From contig CM022677.1 in the NCBI GenBank assembly GCA_012295275.1, positions 28,024,001 to 28,088,000 of the forward strand: a stretch of 64,000 nt of DNA. Reading direction: 5' to 3'. The stretch is from Chrysomallon squamiferum. Lineage: Eukaryota; Animalia; Mollusca. Positions 1 through 22,030 of the stretch are shown one piece after another. The translations under genes were made by a program, and so were the position numbers. The notes beneath the pieces are model-generated. The model made no database searches, was not told the origin of the DNA, and worked only from the letters and a program-made list of their open reading frames with translations. The stretch's first letter is position 1. Every line of letters begins with the position of its first letter.

Positions 1-330
1 ACATTAATACACACTACATTAATACACTCTACATTAATACACACACTACATTAATACACACATTACATTAATACACACACTACATTAATACACACTACAT
101 TAATACACACACTACATTAATACACACTACATTAATACACACTACATTAATACACACACTACATTAATACACACTACATTAATACACACTACATTAATAC
201 ACACACTACATTAATACACACTACATTAATACACACTACATTAATACACACTACATTTAATACATTATATACACTTACATTAATACAGTCTGTATTACAT
301 TAATACATCTACATTAATACACATACATTA
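1..330. repeat. 15-17 bp minisatellite (ACATTAATACACACT)n
   Basis: Direct tandem units visible from base 1. Confidence 0.9.
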
Positions 331-369
331 ATATTCACTCATCTGTATTGTATATACACTACATTCAGT

Positions 370-515
370 CATTCGTATTGTATATACACTTCATTGGTTG
401 AACCATCCAGTATCATGTGATACTGACTACATTGTATCAACTGACACAGGAATTTGACTGTATTACACCTACACCAAACCATTTTATAGTATGGTATATC
501 AGGAGGTACACCACA
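370..515 (-). pseudogene. Degenerate or garbled Sushi exon, probably a downstream exon of copy A
   Basis: Minus strand translates CGVPPDIP...C.....ILDGST, against CGEPPDVP...CSEGYEILNGST in Sushi-1 of B/C, with nearly the same spacing. The middle and end are scrambled and end in a stop. Confidence 0.45.
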
Positions 516-1620
516 CCACACCACAGGATTTTACAACCACACCATTCATAGACCATTACGTATTGTATATACATTTCATACCACACCATACCACGTATTG
601 TATATCACACACACACCACACCACATTACGTATTGTACATACACACACCACACCACACCACACGTTGTGATACCACACCACACCACACCATCAACCACAG
701 GTACCACACCACTGTACACTACACCAAAACCTTTTTATACCAAAACACCACACCACACCACACCATGCCACACCACACCACACCACACCACACCACACCA
801 CACCACACCACACCACACCACACCACACCACACCACACCACCACACACACCACACACCACACACCACACACCACACCACACCACACCACACCACACCACA
901 CCACACCACACACACACACCACACCACACCACACCACACCACACCACACCACACCACACCACACCACACCACACCACACCACACCACACCACACCACACC
1001 ACACCACACCACACCACACCACACCACACCACACCACACCACACCACACCACACCACACCACACCACACCACACCACACCACACCACACCACACCACACC
1101 ACACCACACCATACCACAACACACACCATACCACACCACACCACATACCACCACACCACACCATACCACACACCACACCACACACACCACACCATACCAT
1201 ACCACACCACACCATACCACACCACACCACACCACCACACCACACCACACCACACCACACCACACCACACCATACCACACCACACCACACCACACATACA
1301 TACCACACCATACCACACCACACCATACCATACCAGACCACACCACACCATACCATACCATACCATACCATACCATACCACACCACACCACACCATATCG
1401 CACCACACCATACCACACCATACCATACCAGACCACACCATACCACACCATACCATACCATACCATACCATACCATACCACACCACACCACACCACACCA
1501 CACCACTACACACCACATCACACCACACCACACCACAATACACCACACCACACCACACTATACCACACCACACCACAATACACCACACCACACCACACCA
1601 CACCATACCACACCACAACA
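508..1620. repeat. (CACCA)n/(TACCA)n pentanucleotide satellite
   Basis: Long pure CACCA tract at about 920-1110 with degenerate flanks. Source of the HHTTP and VVWCG ORFs. Confidence 0.95.
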
Positions 1621-3200
1621 GTAACCTACAGCATACCATACCTACAACAGTAACCTACAACATACCATACCATCAACAGTAACCTACAACATACCATACC
1701 ATCGACAGTAACCTACAACATACCATACCATCAACAGTAACCTACAACACACTATACCATCAAAAGTAACCTACAACATACCATACGTACAACAGTAACC
1801 TACAACATACCATACCTACAACAGTAACCTACACCATACCATACCTACAACAGTAACCTACAACATACCATACCTACAACAATAACTTACAACATACCAT
1901 ACTTACAACAATAACCTACAACATACCATACCTACAACAGTAACCTACAACATACCATACCTACAACAGTGACCTACAACAGTAACCTACAACAGACGAT
2001 ACATAGAACAGTAACTTACAACATACCATACCTAAAACAGTAACTTACAACATACCATACCTACAACAGTAACCTACAACATACCATACCTACAACAGTA
2101 ACCTACAACATACCATACCTACAACAGTGACCTACAACAGTAACCTACAACATACCATACCTACAACAGTAACTTACAACATACCATACCTACAACAGTA
2201 ACCTACAACATACCATACCTACAACAGTAACCTACAACATACCATACATACAACAGTGACCTACAACAGTAACCTACAACATACCATACCTATAACAGTA
2301 ACCTACAACATACCATACCTACAACAATAACTTACAACATACCATACCTACAACAGTAACCTACAACATACCATACCTACAACAGTAACTTACAACATAC
2401 CATACCTAAAACAGTAACTTACAACATACCATTCCTACAACAGTAACCTACAACATACAATACCTACAACAGTAACCTACAGCATATCATACCTACAACA
2501 GTGACCTACAACATACCATACCTACAACAGTAACCTACAACATACCATACCTATAACAGTAACCTACAACATACCATACCTACAACAATAAACAACATAA
2601 ACAACATTACAACATACCATACTTACAACAGTAACCTACAACATACCATACCTACAACAGTAACTTACAACATACCATTCCTAAAACAGTAACTTACAAC
2701 ATACCATTCCTACAACATACAATACCTACAACAGTAACCTACAGCATACCATACCTACAACAGTAACCTACAACAGTAACCTACAACAGTAACCTACAAT
2801 ATACCATACCTACAACAGTAACCTACAACATACCATACCTACAACAGTAACTTACAAACTACCATACCTACAACAGTAACCTACAACATACCATACCTAC
2901 AACAGTAACCTACAACATACCATACCTACAACAGTAACCTACAACATACCATATCTGCAACAGTAACCTACAACATACCATACCTACAACAGTAACCTAC
3001 AACATACCATACCTACAACAGTAAGCTACAACCGTAACCTACAACATACCATACATACAACAGTAACCTGCAACAGTAACCTACAACATACCATACCTAC
3101 AACAGTAACCTACAACACACCAAACCTACAACAGTAAGCTACAACATACCATACCTACAACAGTAACCTAAAACAGCAACCTACAACAGTAACCTACAAC
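1615..3200. repeat. 29-bp minisatellite ACAACAGTAACCTACAACATACCATACCT
   Basis: About 50 tandem, slightly variable copies. Confidence 0.95.
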
Positions 3201-3264
3201 ACCAGTATGTACTCCAACACGAGACCAAAATGAGAGCAAATACAATACCCATAAAGACAGATAC

Positions 3265-4830
3265 ATCATCACCACACAGACTAATACAGTACCACCGTAC
3301 AGACTAATACAGTACCACCGTACAGACTAATACACTATCACCACACAGACTAATACACTATCACCGTACAGACTAATACACTATCACCACACAGACTAAT
3401 ACAGTACCACCGTACAGACTAATACATTATCACCACACAGACTAATACACTATCACCACACAGACTAATACACTATCACCGTACAGACTAATACACTATC
3501 ACCACACAGACTAATACAGTACCACCGTACAGACTAATACATCATCACCACACAGACTAATACACTATCACCGTACAGACTAATACACTATCACCACACA
3601 GACTAATACACTATCACCGTACAGACTTATACATCATCACCGTACAGACTAATACAGTATCACCACACAGACTAATACAGTACCACCGTACAGACTAATA
3701 CAGTATCACCGTACAGACTAATACACTATCACCGTACAGACTAATACACTATCACCGTACAGACTAATACACTATCACCGTACAGACTAATACACTATCA
3801 CCGTACAGACTAACACACTATCACCGTACAGACTAATACACTATCACCACACAGACTAATACACTATCACCGTACATACTTATACATCATCACCGTACAG
3901 ACTAATACACTATCACCGTACAGACTAATACACTATCACCGTACAGACTAATACAGTATCACCGTACAGACTAATACAGTACCACCACACAAACTAATAC
4001 AGTACCACCACACAGACTGATACAGTACCACCACACAGACTGATACAGTACCACCACACAGACTGATACAGTACCACCACACAGACTAATACAGTACCAC
4101 CACACAGACTAATACAGTACCACCACACATACTGATACAGTACCACCACACAGACTAATACAGTACCACCACACAGACTAATACAGTACCACCACACAGA
4201 CTAATACAGTACCACCACACAGACTAATACAGTACCACCACACAGACTAATACAGTACCACCACACAGACTAATACAGTACACAGACTAATACAGTACCA
4301 CCACACAGACTAATACAGTACCACCACACAGACTAATACAGTACCACCGTACAGACTAATACAGTACAGACTAATACAGTACCACCACACAGACTAATAC
4401 AGTACCACCACACAGACTAATACAGTACCACCACACAGACTAATACAGTACCACCGTACAGACTAATACAGTACCACCACACAGACTAATACAGTACCAC
4501 CACACAGACTAATACAGTACCACCACACAGACTAATACAGTACCACCGTACAGACTAATACAGTACCACCGTACAGACTAATACAGTACCACCACACAGA
4601 CTAATACAGTACCACCACACAGACTAATACAGTACCACCATACAGACTAATACAGTACCACCACACAGACTAATACAGTACCACCGTACAGACTAATACA
4701 GTACCACCATAGAGACTGATACAGTACCACCACACAGACTGATACAGTACCACCACACAGACTGATACAGTACCACCACACAGACTAATACAGTACCACT
4801 ACACAGACTGATACAGTACCACCGTACAGA
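3265..4830. repeat. 23-bp minisatellite CAGACTAATACAGTACCACCACA
   Basis: About 65 tandem copies with two sub-variants (..CTATCACCGTA.. and ..GTACCACCACA..). Confidence 0.95.
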
Positions 4831-5069
4831 CAAGCAGTTGCCCATTTTACAAAACCAACAAGACATCTTATTCAGTACAAAGATAATGGGAAATACCACA
4901 ATACAGGAAAGTACAGTACACGGTACAAGTCTTTGCAACATGACATAAGTAAATAGCTTGACAGAACATCAGAACGTTACACAACAGCGTGTTTCATGTC
5001 ACAGGTCACATCTGTTGTAATGCTGTGCTATTAATAGCTGATGTTTGTTTTCATAGAACATCGTCCAGA

Positions 5070-5670
5070 GAAGTACTTACTTTCTGTGAGACGTACTTAC
5101 TTTCTGTGAGAAGTACTTACTTTCTGTGGACGTACTTACTTTCTGTGAGATGTACTTTCTTTCTGTGAGATATACTTACTTTCTGTGAGACGTACTTACT
5201 TTCTGTGAGACGTACTTACTTTCTGTGAGATATACTTACTTTCTGTGAGACGTACTTACTTTCTGTGAGATGTACTTTCTTTCTGTGAGAGATTTTGTGA
5301 GATGTGTTTTACTTTTATGTGAGATATACTTACTTTCTGTGAGATATTTTTACTTTCTGTGAGATCTCTGAAAATAAACTTACTTTCTCTGTGAGATATA
5401 CTTACTGTTTCCTGTGAGATATATACTTTCTGTGAGACGTACTTACTTTCTGTGAGACGTACTTACTTTCTGTGAGATATACTTACTTTCTGTGAGACAT
5501 ACTTTCTGTGAGGTATACTTACTTTCTGTGAGACGTACTTACTTTCTGTGAGACGTACTTACTTTCTGTGAGATATACTTACTTTCTGTGAGACATACTT
5601 TCTGTGAGATATACTTACTTTCTGTGAGACGTACTTACTTTCTGTGAGACGTACTTACTTTCTGTGAGAC
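5070..5670 (-). repeat. 20-bp array made from the exon-2 donor junction of copy A
   Basis: Unit on minus is GTCTCACAGAAA|GTAAGTAC, identical to the exon end at 5659 plus its donor. About 28 copies. Confidence 0.9.
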
Positions 5671-5853
5671 ATTTTGTTGTGTTTGCACTCAGCAGTACAC
5701 AGGCCTGAGTCTTTTCACATCGACACTGGTCAGCACTCTGAAAATAAACTAATTAACTGTTATCCATTCACATACATACATACATACACACATACATACA
5801 TACATACATACATACATACATACATACACACATACATACATACATACATACAT

Positions 5854-5884
<31 letters not shown>

Positions 5885-7896
5885 TACATACATAAATACA
5901 TACACACACACATACATACATATATACATACACACGCACATGCATACATACATAAAAAATGAAAAGCACGTGCCTCGTACTACGCTAATAAGGCTGCACG
6001 TGTCATACATTTAGTGACAAAGGAACGACACCAAAGGAATGCTTCGAACTACACCCGAACAGACGCACGAGCTGTAACCAGCTTGATGAACACAAATAGC
6101 AGAACGTCCAGCAGTAGACAGACAGCGGTGATTATCTCCCCTCAGTTCCGCTAATTGTGTACTTTAATCTGCTGATCGCTTCCTCACTGTGACGTCATCA
6201 TCGACGAACGTCATGCGGTTATTGGACAGACAGTGACTAACATCGTCACGTGGTCTGCATGCTCACAAGACGCCTTCCTATTGGATGTCGTGGATCTTCA
6301 GTGTTTGCTGATACATTGATTCGTTCAATACATTTCACTTCATGCATATTTCTTATATTGTTTTTCAGATGATTTTTTAGTGATTTATAACTATGTAAAG
6401 AATAGGTTTCTAGCGAATAATACTCAGTAAACCAAAAAGTTATGTTTGCAAGGGCATTCAAATTTTGAAAAGAAAAACAAAACAAGAAACGAGATATTAG
6501 TCAGGCGATGTTACAAGATTGTTTTGTAGAATTGAATAAAGATGTTTATTACAACTCAACGTTAGCAATCAATGATGTTTGTCACGTAATTAACCTCTCT
6601 GTTGTTTGACGTCGGGCTAAACCCATCCAAGAACTTTAAACTGGATAATTCCTCTGACTGATGCTGTTTCCAAACAGGCTCTAAGGTGTTCAGTGGGGTT
6701 GAGGTCAGGGTTGAGTCTGTACAGCTTCCTGCTGGACAAACACAGAATCATGTCATCCACTGTGTCGTGTTACAGGAAGTTCTCGAAGTAATCAAAGATG
6801 TCATTTCTCCCTGTTCAGTAGTCAACGTCACTGTTACAAACTGACTCTTACAACGTCACTCTTACAAACTGACTCTTACAAACTGACTCTTACAACGTCG
6901 CTCTTACAAACTGACTCTTACAACGTCGCTGTTACAAACTGACTCTTACAAACTGACTCTTACAGTGTCTCCAGACACGAGTCTGAACCCGCTCGTTTTT
7001 TTCCACAGTAAGCCAAGGTCCGGCCCGCTCATCCCAGCGCCAAACCAAACAGTCACGACGTGTATGTCAGTCACAGATGTGTTTAGCAGTCACGACGTGT
7101 CTGTCAGTGAAGTGAGACACACACAAGTCTTAACTGATTTCAGTCTTCAAGGTTTAGTTCTTCCCGAGCTCAGACTTTCCTTAGTTTGAACTCGTTTTTG
7201 TACCAGTCCAGTGATAACTTTGTGCTGACTCTCTGCCTGCTATGAAGCGGTCCTGCGTGACTCATTCAAGATTTTCGTTCCAGTTTTCTCCATCAGCAGA
7301 CCCTCCACGTCTATCCATGACAAAGATTTAACTGAAAATTTCTGTTCGAATTGTACACAGTGGAAAAACGACAAGCAAAGGTTGAGTTGTAGAAACTGAC
7401 AGACCACGTTACTTTAGTGCAGCCTAGGTAGCGCTTACAGCCTGCTTGTTCATTGCAGATAGAAATACTGATTAATGTATTATTGCTTGGAACTCTACAT
7501 AAATGTATTTTCATTTTTCCCTCAAGCTAAAACATTATTCTCATATAAGTTATATATATATATATGGTTTCATTTTATTTCTTTTCGACTTACCTGTGGT
7601 GGAGACCGTTTTTCAACAAACACTTCACCAGGGACACCAGATATCAGAGTCGCTGTCGGGGTGGTGCTATCGCCAGCATTTGACACACACTCTCTTGTGA
7701 CGGTGTTGTAGTTGAAGGATTTACACAAAGGTCGACTGTCACATAAAGTTTTACACTGAAGAAAATTCTTCACTTTTTCAACGGTGAAATCAGAACCAGA
7801 GAGACGCTGAGATGTGTGCTGAACGTCACTGAGAGAAAATGCACGTGTAACTGTGAGTACTCCTGACATGACGAAAACTGTCTGCAGTAAAAACAT
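5659..7896 (-). CDS. Third, inverted paralog (copy A) of the PAN-Sushi-galectin family; first two coding exons recognisable
   Basis: Exon 7896-7594 (303 nt, about 89-90% aa identical to the PAN exons of B and C, donor GTAAGT). Exon 5737-5659 (SADQCRCEKTQACVLLSANTTKCLTE, homologous to exon 2 of B/C, same phase-1 end, TTTTCAG acceptor, GTAAGT donor). Confidence 0.8.
5770..5955. repeat. (CATA)n microsatellite
   Basis: Direct inspection. Confidence 0.9.
6640..7270 (-). mobile_element. Highly decayed Tc1/mariner-type transposase relic in intron 1 of copy A
   Basis: Minus-strand fragments occur in the expected order: QDRFI (about 7240-7255), RRDCLVW (about 7040-7060), TRVWRH (about 6965-6985), FVQQE (about 6725-6740), PDLNPTEHL (about 6683-6710; cf. 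Tc1 SPDLNPIEHLW). No intact ORF or TIRs seen. Confidence 0.5.
6830..6965. repeat. 14-15 bp tandem repeat (TTACAAACTGACTC)n
   Basis: About 9 copies. Confidence 0.8.
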
Positions 7897-8684
7897 CCTT
7901 CGTAATGTTTTGTCTACGAAAAAAAAAAGATTAAAAAATAAATAAATGATAAAAGAAGGGCTACCACTTTATACGTTTTGTCCATTATTAAGTTAACAAT
8001 TATTAAATATGACATCGACTTACAACAAATGGAGATGAGAAATTCAGACTGAATCACGTCTATCGAACATGTAATCAGCTTTCAGCTTTCGTCAACATGC
8101 GTTGTGATGCTTTTGCTTAATTAATTTATAAAACTCTGTTTCTATGAAGCTTTTTAATCAATAACGTGTACATCCCTGTTTTTAAACATTTACAACATTT
8201 GCAGTCTCAGCTGACGTGGAAGAGTGTCAGTGACAGTGAACACGTGTTTAATTTCACTGTGCCCGCAGGGATTAGTAAGTGATCCAGTGATACGGCCCAA
8301 CGCTCAGTCGCTATTCAATTTTAATGTTTGCGTCTGTCACCGATCAGTGGATCGAATCTCCCGGCAGAAAAGTCTGGAACTATTTCAAAACAATTTCAGA
8401 ATTTGAGCGTTGGCATTCAAAACTGACGACGCGGGGCAGCAGTCGTCCCAGCATTTACAGACGTAACTAAAACAGAGCAGGCTTTGTTCATGCTACAGTT
8501 GTCAGGACAGAAAACTCCAACAGAACACACTGATTCCATCTCCTATTTCAGTGACTGAAATATTGTATGTCAGCTGAGGGAAATAAATAAACAAAGCAAG
8601 AAACAAACAAACAAACAAAGGGAAGTAGTATCGAAAATCTTGTGATGAATCGTTTTCAATTCGTTGGTCTGCTAACACCAAGTA

Positions 8685-9105
8685 ATATAATATAATGTAA
8701 TACAATACACTACGGTACAATACAATACAGTACAAGACAATGCAATACAATATAATGTAATACAATACAGTACAGTACAGTACCATACAATACAATACAA
8801 TACTGTACAATACAATACAATATAATGTAATACAATGCACTACAGTACAGTACCATACAATACAATACAATACTGTACAATACAATATAATGTAATACAA
8901 TACACTACAGTGCACTATACTACAATACATTACAATACAATACAATGTAATACAATACACTATAGTACAAGACAATACAATGCAATGCAATACAATATTA
9001 TGTTATACAATACAATACAATGTAATACAATACAGTACAAGATAATACAATATAATATAATGTAAAATAATAAAACACAATGGAATGGAATGGAATACGA
9101 TACGA
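8685..9105. repeat. (TACAA)n pentanucleotide microsatellite
   Basis: Direct inspection. Confidence 0.9.
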
Positions 9106-9856
9106 TATCTAACATTGTGTTGGTCTTTTGGGAAATAAACTATACTGTATTCCCCAATTGTTTTTTCATTCGACTGCTTCAGTAACGTCTAACAATGGAT
9201 GCGAGCACAGCCAGGGGACCCCTAGTTGTAGCTGTCGATCAAAGAAGAAAAGACAAAAAAATGTTCGTAAACAAAACGTTTGAGGTATCGTGTCAGTCAG
9301 AATTGCACGGGAAATGTTTAAGTTGAGAAGTTTTCACTGCAACCTTAGTTTTTAATCGTTCTTACTGAAAAATTGTGTTTTCTTTCTCAAACACACCTTA
9401 GTTTTTAATCGTTCTTACTGACAAATTGTGTTTTCTTTCTCAAACAAACAAACCAAAAAAATGCAGAAAAGGAAAAAAAAAAAAAAAAACAAGAAAATGA
9501 AAAAAGGCGAAAGGCTTGTTAACTTCGTGTACTTGATACTTTAAATCACTTTCCCCCCTGTTTATATTATTACTATAACTTTCACTGATTTGTATGCAAT
9601 AAGATCAATAACGTTAAACCTGTGTACACAGTGTTTTAGAACTGTGTTATTCAGATATCAATCAATTACTCTGAAACATTCAAACTTGATCACATGAAAT
9701 CACGTGTCTTTACCATGGTAATCAATGCTATTGTTATTTATTTGTTTGTTTGTTTACTTGCTCACTTATTTACTTATAGCAGACATTACCTGCTCGCGGC
9801 AGATGTCAACTTGCTACATGCTGATCTGCGCAGTCTGAGTAGTTCAATGTGGTTAC

Positions 9857-9948
<92 letters not shown>

Positions 9949-11322
9949 GCTAATATTTAATGGACAAACAACACTAATTATCTAGTAATAAGCAGTCTAA
10001 TTGTTCCTGGTTTTAAATTCCAAATGAAATAATAAAATATTCAGAAAAGGACGAAATGATTCACAAAACAAATTTACATTACAAAAGCACATTATGTTAC
10101 CACTGATTTTTGAACATCAATCGATTAACACTGAATAAGCAAAAATAAACAAACCACTTGTCAGTTCTGTGAATTAATATAATAACAAATAAACAAAACA
10201 ATACATTTTTAATAGGTATATCATGTTCGTATCGTGCTCGAATTAATCGGACTAGAAGCACGTTATTAACAAAAAACAGATCCTTTGTTGTATTAGACTG
10301 AATTGTGTAAAACTCAGTGACGAGTGAGATTAATAAAACCTGTCTTTTGTCGCTGAATGTTAATCCACGTAGAATAAAACAAACAGCAGTCAGCTGTGCA
10401 GTTTGTCTTTCGTTTTGTATTCCTCCACAGAACGGCACCAATTTTCTTCACTGTGTTCATAACAGCGATTCCTTTCTCAACTCTTCATTTACTTTATTTT
10501 CAAGCTCTTAATATTTACTTGTTCTTTATTTATTTAGTTGTTATTTATTTATTTACTAACTTACTTGTTATTTATTTATTCATTCATTTATTTACTTGTT
10601 ATTTATTTATGTATTTATTTTTATTTGCTTACATATCAACATTAAAACTACCAGAATTTACATTTTTGTGTTTTGTGTGGTTATTTAATTATTTCTTTAT
10701 TTATTTATTTTTTAATTTTTAATTTATTAATCTGTTAGTTTATTTATTTGTCATTTTATTTATTTTTGGGTATTAATGCTCTCTATTATTTCGATACAAA
10801 TTGTATTCTTATCTATTTTTGTCTTAATATTTATTTTTTTTTTTTTTTTTTATTTTTTATTTTTTAAGTTCCCCTAAATTATCAATACTGCATATTAATC
10901 GTTATTAAACAGTTTTATTAACATACTATATATCAATATAGCTATATAAACACTTTACTTCATTCTTCGAAAGACTGACAAAAGCTCCGTAAAATTGATA
11001 TTTAGCTACAAAGCAATTATACATTATTAAAATATCTGTCAATATTTCTCATACTTGAACTAATTGTTAATCGATCGTCATTTTATGTATCAAGGATAAT
11101 ACAATAAAACATATTAAAATAGAAACCATTCATCGAAAGGAAGTGGATTTTATAAATATCTTTTGTCTTTCAGAAGGATAAATACAGCCAGTCAAATACG
11201 TTTGAATTAAGAAGCTTCTATTCCAGATAAACAACAGACAGGCTGCTACGTATCCTTATTCTATTACTGACGTTTACCATTTTTACTTGATGTAGAATTT
11301 TGCTACGAAAGAAAAAGCTAAG

Positions 11323-19316
<7,994 letters not shown>

Positions 19317-19884
19317 ATAAGAAACATCACCATTGATCAGTTAAACACAGAAATGTAAAGAAAACACGGACATCTTTACATTTTCTCAAAATGTGTGAAC
19401 GTTATAATTATTATTTTAATTGGAATGTCTAGAATAGAGAAGAGATTGTAATAATGTTACGGTTTTTGAATACTGCAAATAAACACGTTTTACTTCTTCA
19501 GAGAGTAAAACCTGATATTACTGTTTTGTTTATAGTGCATGTGTATGTATGAATGTATGCATAGACAGATAGATAATAATACACACATGTATGTGTGCCT
19601 GTGTGTATGTGATGCGTGTATATATGTTTGCGTGTGTCTGTGTGTGTCCGTGCATAACTATGTATGGATAGATAAACAGCTTAGTACATCTACATATAGA
19701 ACATAGTACATACATACACATATCCAAAATACAATATATATATATATATATATATATTATACACACACATACGCACACACACACACATATATATACAAAC
19801 ACACATACAGACATTCAGACAGAAGTTGATTTACTGAACAAGAGACGAAGTCTTTGATAGCATTCTGAGATACTCTCTCTCTCT

Positions 19885-19957
<73 letters not shown>

Positions 19958-21639
19958 ATGTATCTATATCTATATATATATTTATCAGTTCAGATACAAA
20001 CTAACACTAAACTACGTAATCATTAATCTACATTATTCATTTATTTAATGTAAATGTTTAGAATGTTTCAAAACGTTAGCTATTGATATGTGAAGTTTTA
20101 ATGTTTATTTATTTATTTATTTGTCTGTATTTCCATAAATTATCAAAATCATATATTAATAGTTAGTAAACAGTTGTTATTGGCGTATACATATAATATA
20201 CATATATATATACAGAAACACTTTACTTCGTTTTTCGAAAGACTGACAAAAGCTCTGTAAAATTGATATTTAGCTACAAAACAATTATACATTATTAACA
20301 TGTCTGTCAGTATATCTCATACTTGAACTAATTGTTAATCGATCGTCATTTTATGTATCAAGGTATATTAAAATAGAAACCATTCAACGAAAGGAAGAGG
20401 CAAACAGATATTTTTTGTCTTTGAAAGATGTAAATACAGCCAGTCAAATACGTTTGAGTTAACAAGTTTGTCTTCTATACTGACCAGAGCTGCTTTGTCT
20501 CAACTCACACATCTCAGTTTCTCTTGGGAAATTGAACAGACGCTAAAGTGGATTTTGTATTTCTTAAAATTGACAGAGCTGTGCTGTATATTTTTCATTA
20601 TACGTCTGTTTATTTAGTTTTTATTTTAAGCCGAAGAAGAGAGAAGCTGCTACGTGCTGGTTGTCATAGACACGATTCTGAAATATACAAGAGTCACTAC
20701 ACGTAGGTAAGCACTGTTCAAGTCACTCAACAAAAATTCGTTTTTCTTCTACCAATAATTTTTAATATTATTATTATGTTTCTTCTGATTTGTTTTATTC
20801 TACTAAATCACCCGGTATCCTTATTCAATTACTCACGTTTACCGTTTTTACTTGATGTAGAATTCTGCTAGGAAAGAAAAAGCTAAGATGTGTTTACTGC
20901 AGACAGTTTTCGTCATGTCAGGAATACTCACAGTTACACGTGCATTTTCTCTCAGTGACGTTCAGCACACATCTCAGCTTCTCTTTGGTTCTGATTTCAC
21001 CGTTGAAAAAGTGAAGAATTTTCTTCAGTGTAAAACTTTATGTGACAGTCGACCTTTGTGTAAATCCTTCAACTACAACACCGTCACAAGAGAGTGTGTG
21101 TCAAATTCTGGCGATAGCACGACATCGACAACAACTCTGATATCTCCAGTCCCTGGTGTAGTGTTTGTTGAAAAACGGTCTCTACCACAGGTAAGTCGAA
21201 TGAAAGTAAACTGAACCAGAAATACAGACAGGTAGATAGAGACAGACAGACAGACAGACAGACAGGTAGATAGACAGGCAGATATACTGACAGATAGATA
21301 GATAGGCAGATAGATATACTGACAGATAGATTGATTTTGTTATTATCTTCACTGCTATTTTCAAATTGTCAGATTTTGCTAAATTTGTGTTTTCCTGATG
21401 AACGACAGTGACACATTTTTAGCGTCAGACATTTTTCACAATCTTTGTCTACGTCTATTCAGACAGCACGTGCAATTTCACTCTTTTATTTATTTATTTA
21501 TTTATCTACTTTTTATATTTATTTATTTATTTATTTTCAGGGTTCTGACGAGTGTCAGTGTGAGTACTCACAGGTCTGTGTACAGCTCGGAACAAACAGA
21601 AAATGTCTCACAGAAGGTAAAACAAAAAGTACAATAATT

Positions 21640-22030
21640 AATAAACAGATTCGTAATTAGGTTAATCTAATCAATTAGTGTATGTTATCTCTTAACTTTA
21701 AACAGATTCGTAATAATGTTAATTTAGTGAATTAGTGTATGTTATCTCTTAACTTTAAACAGACACGTAATAATGTTAATTTAGTGAATTAGTGTATGTT
21801 ATCTCTTAACTTTAAACAGATTCGTAATAACGTTAATTTAGTGAATTAGTGTATGTTATCTCTTAACTTTAAACAGATACATAATAACGTTAATTTAGTG
21901 AATTAATGTATGTTATCTCTTAACTTTAAACAGATACGTAATAATGTTAATTTAGTGAATTAGTGTATTTACTTTAAACAGGTACGTAATAACGTTAATT
22001 TAGTGAATTAGTGTATTTACTTTAAACAAC
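21640..22030. repeat. About 57-bp array in intron 2 of copy C
   Basis: About 6 copies of a sequence present roughly once in copy B (about 12460-12560). Confidence 0.85.

Noticed and set aside
1-330. Telomeric repeat at the window start
   Set aside because: Unit is ACATTAATACACACT, not TTAGGG or TTAGG.
598-1682. Long His/Thr/Pro and Val/Trp/Cys/Gly ORFs on both strands
   Set aside because: Translations of the (CACCA)n satellite; open in several frames, with no splice or domain context.
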